From contig JAZURI010000002.1 of NCBI GenBank assembly GCA_045606105.1, positions 128,001 through 192,000 on the forward strand: DNA of 64,000 bases, in the 5' to 3' direction. A program made the translations under genes and the position numbers. This DNA comes from Spirochaetia bacterium (GTDB lineage: Bacteria; Spirochaetota; Spirochaetia; CADAEX01). Of this stretch, positions 58,456-64,000 are shown piece after piece. Every line of letters starts with the position of its first letter. Position 1 is the first letter of the stretch. Under the pieces are notes generated by a model that saw nothing but the letters and a program-made list of their open reading frames with translations, was not told where the DNA came from and searched no databases.

Positions 58456-59750
58456 CACATACTCCTGAAACGACTGATTGAGTTTTTCATTCTTTCTTCA
58501 AGATATGAAACATACTCTTCTTTTGATTTATATGGCGAGCGGGCTACACCGCTTGCTACCGCTGCTTCCGCTACTGCGGAGGAGACAGAAACAAAGACTC
58601 TCGGATCAAACGGCTTCGGAATGATATAGTCCTTTCCGAAACTGAGGCTTTCCTTGTTATAGGCCTTCAGCACCTCTTCCGGTACAGGAAGCTTGGCCAG
58701 GGAAGCCAGTGCCTTTGATGCGGCAATCTTCATCTCTTCGTTTATACATGAGGCCTCAACATCGAGGGCTCCTCTGAAAATAAACGGGAATCCCATTACA
58801 TTGTTTACCTGGTTCGGATAATCGGAACGTCCTGTAGCCATGATAACATCCTCCCTGGCTGCGACAGCTTCGGGATATGTTATTTCAGGGTCGGGATTTG
58901 CAAGGGCAAAGACAACAGGATTGTCATTCATGGTCCTGAGCATTTCGCCTGAAACCAGCCCCTTTCCTGAAAGTCCCAGGAAAATATCGGCTCCCTTCAT
59001 GGCATCTGCCAGTGTTCCCGGCCTGTCACCGGAAGCAAAGTATTCCTTATATCTGTTCATGCCGGCCTGGCGTCCCTTGTAGATGATACCCTTGGTATCG
59101 CACATGGTTATGTTTTCCTTTCTGATTCCCAGGGCAACATAGAATCTGCCGCAGGCAATTCCTGCAGCTCCGGCACCGTTGATGACAACCTTAACCTCAT
59201 CGATTTTCTTACCGGAAATCTCAAGGGCATTGAGCAGGGCCGCACCTGTTATGATGGCTGTTCCGTGCTGGTCGTCATGGAAAACGGGAATATCCATAAG
59301 GGCCTTCAGGGAATCCTCGATCTCAAAGCATTCCGGTGCCTTTATGTCCTCCAGGTTGATACCTCCGAAGGTAGGCCCCATGAGCTTTACGGCATCGATG
59401 AATTTCTGAGGATCGTTACAGTCAAGCTCGATGTCAAAGACATCCACATCGGCAAATCTCTTGAAAAGGACACCCTTTCCTTCCATTACCGGCTTTCCTG
59501 CTTCAGGTCCGATATTTCCCAGACCGAGAACCGCAGTACCGTTGGTGATGACTCCTACGAGATTGCTCCTGTTTGTATATTCGGAAACCAATGCCTTGTT
59601 TTCCTTGATTTCAAGACACGGATATGCTACTCCCGGTGTGTATGCGCAGCTCAGGTCTTCCTGGGTCCTGCAGGGCTTTGAAGGGATAACCTCAATCTTT
59701 CCCTTTACCGGGGAACTGTGATAAATAAGTGATTTCTCTTTCAGATCCAT
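58455..59750 (-). CDS. NAD(P)-dependent malic enzyme (no PTA domain)
   Basis: [42 protein letters not shown]. Confidence 0.94.
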   Translation of the reverse strand: MDLKEKSLIYHSSPVKGKIEVIPSKPCRTQEDLSCAYTPGVAYPCLEIKENKALVSEYTNRSNLVGVITNGTAVLGLGNIGPEAGKPVMEGKGVLFKRFADVDVFDIELDCNDPQKFIDAVKLMGPTFGGINLEDIKAPECFEIEDSLKALMDIPVFHDDQHGTAIITGAALLNALEISGKKIDEVKVVINGAGAAGIACGRFYVALGIRKENITMCDTKGIIYKGRQAGMNRYKEYFASGDRPGTLADAMKGADIFLGLSGKGLVSGEMLRTMNDNPVVFALANPDPEITYPEAVAAREDVIMATGRSDYPNQVNNVMGFPFIFRGALDVEASCINEEMKIAASKALASLAKLPVPEEVLKAYNKESLSFGKDYIIPKPFDPRVFVSVSSAVAEAAVASGVARSPYKSKEEYVSYLEERMKNSISRFRSM

Positions 59751-59751
59751 T

Positions 59752-61047
59752 TTATTCCACCTGATTCAGCTCGCAGGCTGCCTTGAATATGTTTTCAAAC
59801 AGGTCCTGGATATCTCCCCTGTCCACGGAAGAAAAGGCAACCCTGAGATATTTGTCGTTTACGGAGATGGTTCCGATACCGTAGTTGGCAAGAAGATGCT
59901 TCCTGAGCTTTTCCGCACTGAATCTTTCAACCACGAAGGTCATGAAATAGCCGGAATTGAAAGGAATAGGAATAAGCGGACACTCTTCAGGCATCTCGCT
60001 GATGGCCTTTTTTACCTCCCTGTATCTCTTTTCCATCTTGTCGGCAATTATTGCCTTTTCCTGATGATATGTTATGCTCTTGATTCCCTTGAGAATGATA
60101 TTCTGGGAAATGGTGGAGCAGGTTGATACGGTAGCCCTGATGGCACCCATGGTCTTCTTTTCAAGGACTGAAATGGATTCTGCATCCAACGCCTTTCCGC
60201 CGAAGGTAATGAAACCGGTACGGAATCCCCATGCCAGCTCCTCTTTGGTGGCTCCGTCAATCTTTACTGCGGTGATGTTGTCATGGGCTCCGCAGAGACG
60301 GGCAAAGATGGACTCTGTCTCGATTCCGTCCTCGAAGAAAAGACCGAAATATGAGTCATCGCACATTACCAGAATATCCTTTCCCTTTTCAGCCTGGCGG
60401 ACAAGTGCATCCACAGTCGCCTTCTGTTCCTGGGTGGAAAGGGAGTAACCTGTAGGGTTGTTAGGGAAATTGAGAACGAGGATAACCTTGTCTCCCCCGT
60501 TCTCGATTGTTTCCTCAAGCGCCTTGATATTGAATCTGTATTCGCTGTCAAAGAACTGGAAATTGACAACCTCGGCCTGATGCAGTACAGAGAAGATAAG
60601 CTTGTAGTTACCCCAGAACATGTCCGGAATGATAACCTTGTCATGATTATCGATAAAGATATCCGCAACCAGTGAAAGACCGTGGGTCAGACCTGTGGTG
60701 ATTACAGGCATGGAAACATTCTGGTTGATAAGGGAGGGATTCTTCTTGATCATTTCCCTCATCCAGATCTGTCTGAGTTCCGGAAGTCCGGCAGTAGGAG
60801 CATAGGCAAAGATTTCAGATGAACTGAGACCGTTTACAAGACTCCTCATGGACGGAAGATACATCGGCTGGCCCTCTTCCATTGCCATTCCGATAGTAGC
60901 ATTATAGTTATAGGCATCTTTCTTTGCCTCATTAGACTGTGAAACTATCCCCTTCGGAAAATAAAGACGTCTTCCGAGGTCTGATAAAAGAGAATAAACA
61001 GGTTTGCCTTCGAGAATTGAGTTCAATTCTTCAGCCAATCGATCCAA
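59752..61047 (-). CDS. class I/II PLP-dependent aminotransferase
   Basis: [28 protein letters not shown]; TTG start. Confidence 0.9.
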   Translation of the reverse strand: MDRLAEELNSILEGKPVYSLLSDLGRRLYFPKGIVSQSNEAKKDAYNYNATIGMAMEEGQPMYLPSMRSLVNGLSSSEIFAYAPTAGLPELRQIWMREMIKKNPSLINQNVSMPVITTGLTHGLSLVADIFIDNHDKVIIPDMFWGNYKLIFSVLHQAEVVNFQFFDSEYRFNIKALEETIENGGDKVILVLNFPNNPTGYSLSTQEQKATVDALVRQAEKGKDILVMCDDSYFGLFFEDGIETESIFARLCGAHDNITAVKIDGATKEELAWGFRTGFITFGGKALDAESISVLEKKTMGAIRATVSTCSTISQNIILKGIKSITYHQEKAIIADKMEKRYREVKKAISEMPEECPLIPIPFNSGYFMTFVVERFSAEKLRKHLLANYGIGTISVNDKYLRVAFSSVDRGDIQDLFENIFKAACELNQVE

Positions 61048-61059
61048 AACCCTACCCCC

Positions 61060-61671
61060 TTAAAAGATTAAGTAATAAAAATACATGAGCATCATTCCTA
61101 ATATAACAGAAATGATAAGGGATAAATAGATACTTAATTTAAATTTTTTTATAAAAATTAAATTTATTAGAAAAATCAGTAACGCCGGAATTACCAGCCG
61201 TACCGATTTCCACCCTTCAACCACTCCGGAGAAATCATAGATAAGCCGGTCAAGCCCCAGTTCCCTGTTAAGAACCGAGTTTTCAAGGAAGAAAATCACG
61301 GCATAAGCCACCAGTCCCATTACCCCGGCACGGATTCCGCGGATTCCGGAGGAGACAACCCTGTTTCCTGCCAGATGATGGCTGAGAAGACAGATTGCGG
61401 CCGAAAGAATGATGGCAGGGAAGATAAATCCCAATGTGGCGGCAATTCCTCCCGGAAATCCGGCCACCTCCTTGCCTACATAGGTTGCTGTATTGATTAC
61501 TATAGGCCCCGGTGTGAGCTGGGCTATGGCACATATATCGGCAAATTCCTCGGAGGTACACCAGCTGCGGGACAGAAGCTCCGATTCGATGATTGCCAGG
61601 TTTGCATACCCTCCTCCGAAGGCAAAGAGACCGATCTTGGCAAACACCAGGAAAAGAAGAAGGTAAATCAT
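61060..61671 (-). CDS. short-chain chromate transporter (ChrA family), second of pair
   Basis: KIGLFAFGGG, AQLTPGP, N.ATYVG. Confidence 0.9.
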   Translation of the reverse strand: MIYLLLFLVFAKIGLFAFGGGYANLAIIESELLSRSWCTSEEFADICAIAQLTPGPIVINTATYVGKEVAGFPGGIAATLGFIFPAIILSAAICLLSHHLAGNRVVSSGIRGIRAGVMGLVAYAVIFFLENSVLNRELGLDRLIYDFSGVVEGWKSVRLVIPALLIFLINLIFIKKFKLSIYLSLIISVILGMMLMYFYYLIF

Positions 61672-62204
61672 CAGAGTCCCTCCTTCCTGTAGAGAAATAT
61701 TCCCAGTAAACCGCTGAGAATTATGACATATATTGCAGGAATCCCTATGAAGGCCACGGCAACAAAGGCTGTAACGGCAACAACGACATCATTGCGGGAC
61801 CTGAAGCTTTTTTTCATCATGTTGGCCATGGTACAGATGATGAAGGCTGAAACTGCGGCCCTGATGCTGGTAAATGCATATCCTGTCAGCGGGGAATCCT
61901 TGATAAGCTCCACATAGGATGCAACAAAAAGGATTATGCAGACCGGAGGAATTATAACACCGGCCAGTGCCGAGGCAGCTCCCCTTTTTCCCCTGAGCAG
62001 ATTTCCGATATGGATGGCGGCATTTACGCCGATGGCACCGGGCATGGAGTAGATCACGGCAAAGACGGCGTTCATTTCCTTTTCTGAAAGAAGGTTTCTC
62101 TTCTTACGGAATTCCTCGTCCATCACGACAAGCATGACCGGTCCTCCCCCCAATGTAAAAAAGGCAATCTTGAAAAATGTGACAAAGAGAGAAAAACATG
62201 ACAT
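61671..62204 (-). CDS. short-chain chromate transporter (ChrA family), first of pair
   Basis: FFKIAFFTLGGG, SMPGAIGVN. Confidence 0.9.
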   Translation of the reverse strand: MSCFSLFVTFFKIAFFTLGGGPVMLVVMDEEFRKKRNLLSEKEMNAVFAVIYSMPGAIGVNAAIHIGNLLRGKRGAASALAGVIIPPVCIILFVASYVELIKDSPLTGYAFTSIRAAVSAFIICTMANMMKKSFRSRNDVVVAVTAFVAVAFIGIPAIYVIILSGLLGIFLYRKEGL

Positions 62205-62216
62205 CAGGTCATATTC

Positions 62217-63287
62217 CTATTTTTTTTTCGTATTATATCCCGTACTCATCATGATACTGATGAATTTTGTACTTTCGAAGTAACTGAAGGCTACCCTGAA
62301 CATAACAGTTATAGGAACGGCAAGAACTGCTCCCAGCGGACCCCATATCCATGACCAGAAAGCGAGAGTGATAAGGATAAGCACCGGGCTGAGATTAAGG
62401 TTGGATCCCTGAATACGAGGCTCAATGAAGTTACCCATCAGCTGCTGGATTCCCAGGTTAAGGAGGAATATTACCATAGGAAGGATTGGTTCCGGATAGA
62501 ACTGCACTATACCCTGTATGGAAATAAGTACAACGACAATGGTTGAACCGATAGTAGGTACGAAGTTAAGGAAGAATGCTATACAACCCCAGATAAGAGG
62601 GAAATCCACCCCTGTAAGCTCAAGTACAAGCCATACCTCAAGACCTGTGAGGAAGGAGATGATGGACTTGATGAAGAAGTACTTACCTACCAGCTGCAGG
62701 ATTCTGGCACTGATGATGGTAAACTTCTTGGAGGCCTGGAAGTTGAAGGCATCGTTGATTTTAGATGATATATACGGATATTCGAGAAACAGGAAAAACA
62801 TGAAGATGAAGATAAGCACTGTATATCCCATCATCTTGGTAAAGGAGCCCGAAACTCCCATTACATAGTTCTGAACTATTGAATACCAGTCGTAGGCAGC
62901 CAGGAAATCGGGTGCCGTATCCAGCTTGAAGAGAATCATGATACGGGTTGAGAAATCGGCATAGATATCCCTGAACTTGTTAAGATACTTCGGATAATCG
63001 CTGATGAAGACACTGAAGCTGGACTGGACGACAGTGATTAAGAAATACAGGAAAACCGCCAGGATGGTCATGATAAGGATTACGGCCAGTGTTCTCGGTA
63101 TCTTGCATTTATCTTCAAGAAACTGCATGACAGGAAACAGCATGAAGCTGATCATAATGGCAAATACCAATGGAGCCATAACGGATGCGGAAGACTTCAG
63201 GAAAAAGCATCCCACCATTACAAAAATCAGGACAAACAGAATGAGAATAGCCTGATTAAGTTTATTAGTATTGTCATTTTTCAACAT
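62217..63287 (-). CDS. AI-2E family transporter
   Basis: LNFVPTIGS, GNFIEPRI, WGPLGAVLAVP. Confidence 0.9.
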   Translation of the reverse strand: MLKNDNTNKLNQAILILFVLIFVMVGCFFLKSSASVMAPLVFAIMISFMLFPVMQFLEDKCKIPRTLAVILIMTILAVFLYFLITVVQSSFSVFISDYPKYLNKFRDIYADFSTRIMILFKLDTAPDFLAAYDWYSIVQNYVMGVSGSFTKMMGYTVLIFIFMFFLFLEYPYISSKINDAFNFQASKKFTIISARILQLVGKYFFIKSIISFLTGLEVWLVLELTGVDFPLIWGCIAFFLNFVPTIGSTIVVVLISIQGIVQFYPEPILPMVIFLLNLGIQQLMGNFIEPRIQGSNLNLSPVLILITLAFWSWIWGPLGAVLAVPITVMFRVAFSYFESTKFISIMMSTGYNTKKK

Positions 63288-63362
63288 TTAAAATATTATC
63301 CTGAATTACAGATTAACATATTGTTAATTTAATTATAATAAAAAAATTTACAGAGGGAAAGA

Positions 63363-63872
63363 GTGATTGCTAAATTTAAGGAAAAATTTCCAAAAATAGA
63401 AAAACCTGCTTTCATTGCAGACAATGCTGTTATTACCGGAGATGTTGAAATCAAGGAAGATGCCAGCATCTGGTACGGAGCTGTTCTCAGAGGTGATATC
63501 GAACCTATCGTCATCGGAAAAGGGTCAAATGTACAGGACGGCTGCATTCTCCATACCTCTGAGGGAACACCATGTATTCTCGGAGACTATGTATCTGTGG
63601 GACATGCCGCAATACTTCACGGCTGCAGGATCGAAAACTACTGCCTTATCGGTATGGGAGCAACAATCATCGATGATGCGGTTATCGGAGAGGAATCCAT
63701 TGTAGGAGCTTGTGCGCTTGTTACAAAAGGAAAGAAATTCCCTCCTCGCTCCATGATTCTCGGAAATCCGGCAAAGGTTGTAAGATCCCTCACCGACGAG
63801 GAGGTTGCAATGCTTCATTCCCATCCTATGCACTATATTCAGGTTGCAAAGGATACGGAAGAAAGCCGCTGA
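63363..63872 (+). CDS. gamma-carbonic anhydrase family (YrdA/PaaY-like) protein
   Basis: VLRGD, NVQDGCILH, VGH.AILHGC hexapeptide repeats. Confidence 0.92.
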   Translation: MIAKFKEKFPKIEKPAFIADNAVITGDVEIKEDASIWYGAVLRGDIEPIVIGKGSNVQDGCILHTSEGTPCILGDYVSVGHAAILHGCRIENYCLIGMGATIIDDAVIGEESIVGACALVTKGKKFPPRSMILGNPAKVVRSLTDEEVAMLHSHPMHYIQVAKDTEESR

Positions 63873-63878
63873 TATGAA

Positions 63879-64000
63879 CTATTCAAGGGATGACGGACTT
63901 ACGAAGGACATCTTGTCAATCGGATTGTCTATCATCTCTGACTTGAGTATGAAGCTGATATCATAATCAAGAGCTTCAAGATCTTCAGCTGTCAGCTTGC
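63879..64000 (-). CDS. C-terminus of an unidentified protein entering from the right edge
   Basis: Minus frame open from window end: KLTAEDLEALDYDISFILKSEMIDNPIDKMSFVSPSSLE*. Confidence 0.55.
   Translation of the reverse strand, partial: KLTAEDLEALDYDISFILKSEMIDNPIDKMSFVSPSSLE

Noticed and set aside
63312-63328. Palindrome ATTAACA-tat-TGTTAAT between divergent genes
   Set aside because: Short and within very AT-rich DNA, with no second copy noticed; not distinguishable from chance.
63874-63966. Plus-strand 30-codon ORF after the gamma-CA gene
   Set aside because: It overlaps a more protein-like minus-strand frame that is open to the window edge.
1-64000. CRISPR array, prophage, IS elements or defence systems
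   Set aside because: No spaced direct repeats, cas, phage, transposase or recognisable defence genes were found.

Overview
Gene-dense chromosomal segment, most likely from an anaerobic spirochaete. This assignment is inferred from the stand-alone groES, a long RecJ, the ...DYALAA tmRNA tag and several spirochaete-type hypothetical proteins. About 63 CDSs, one tmRNA and one tRNA-Arg(CCG); no CRISPR array, integrase, transposase or prophage was seen. Main blocks: an RpoS-like sigma factor with a sigma54 (-24/-12) promoter; groES; tmRNA; a six-gene Ehr (hydrogenase-4-like, no Ni-Fe ligands) operon; recO-recJ-rpsU; a Firmicutes-style fabT-H-acpP-K-D-G-F-Z cluster lacking acc genes; iscR-iscS-nifU; a BMP/nucleoside ABC transporter; efp; ilvE; mfd-trmB-tsaD; secA, split purH, LCP, miaB; a divergent EF-G; malic enzyme; a ChrA pair. 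The most notable signals lie outside the ORF track. (1) An LCP gene is broken at an A9 / A-AAA-AAC site and repaired by a -1 shift. (2) An orphan ~75-nt promoter-hairpin-terminator unit between secA and fusA presents an anti-Shine-Dalgarno loop. (3) A second candidate sRNA, just downstream of the sigma gene, has 10-nt complementarity to that gene's RBS. (4) At least five genes have promoter geometry predicting leaderless mRNAs. All calls were made by eye, with no database searches.
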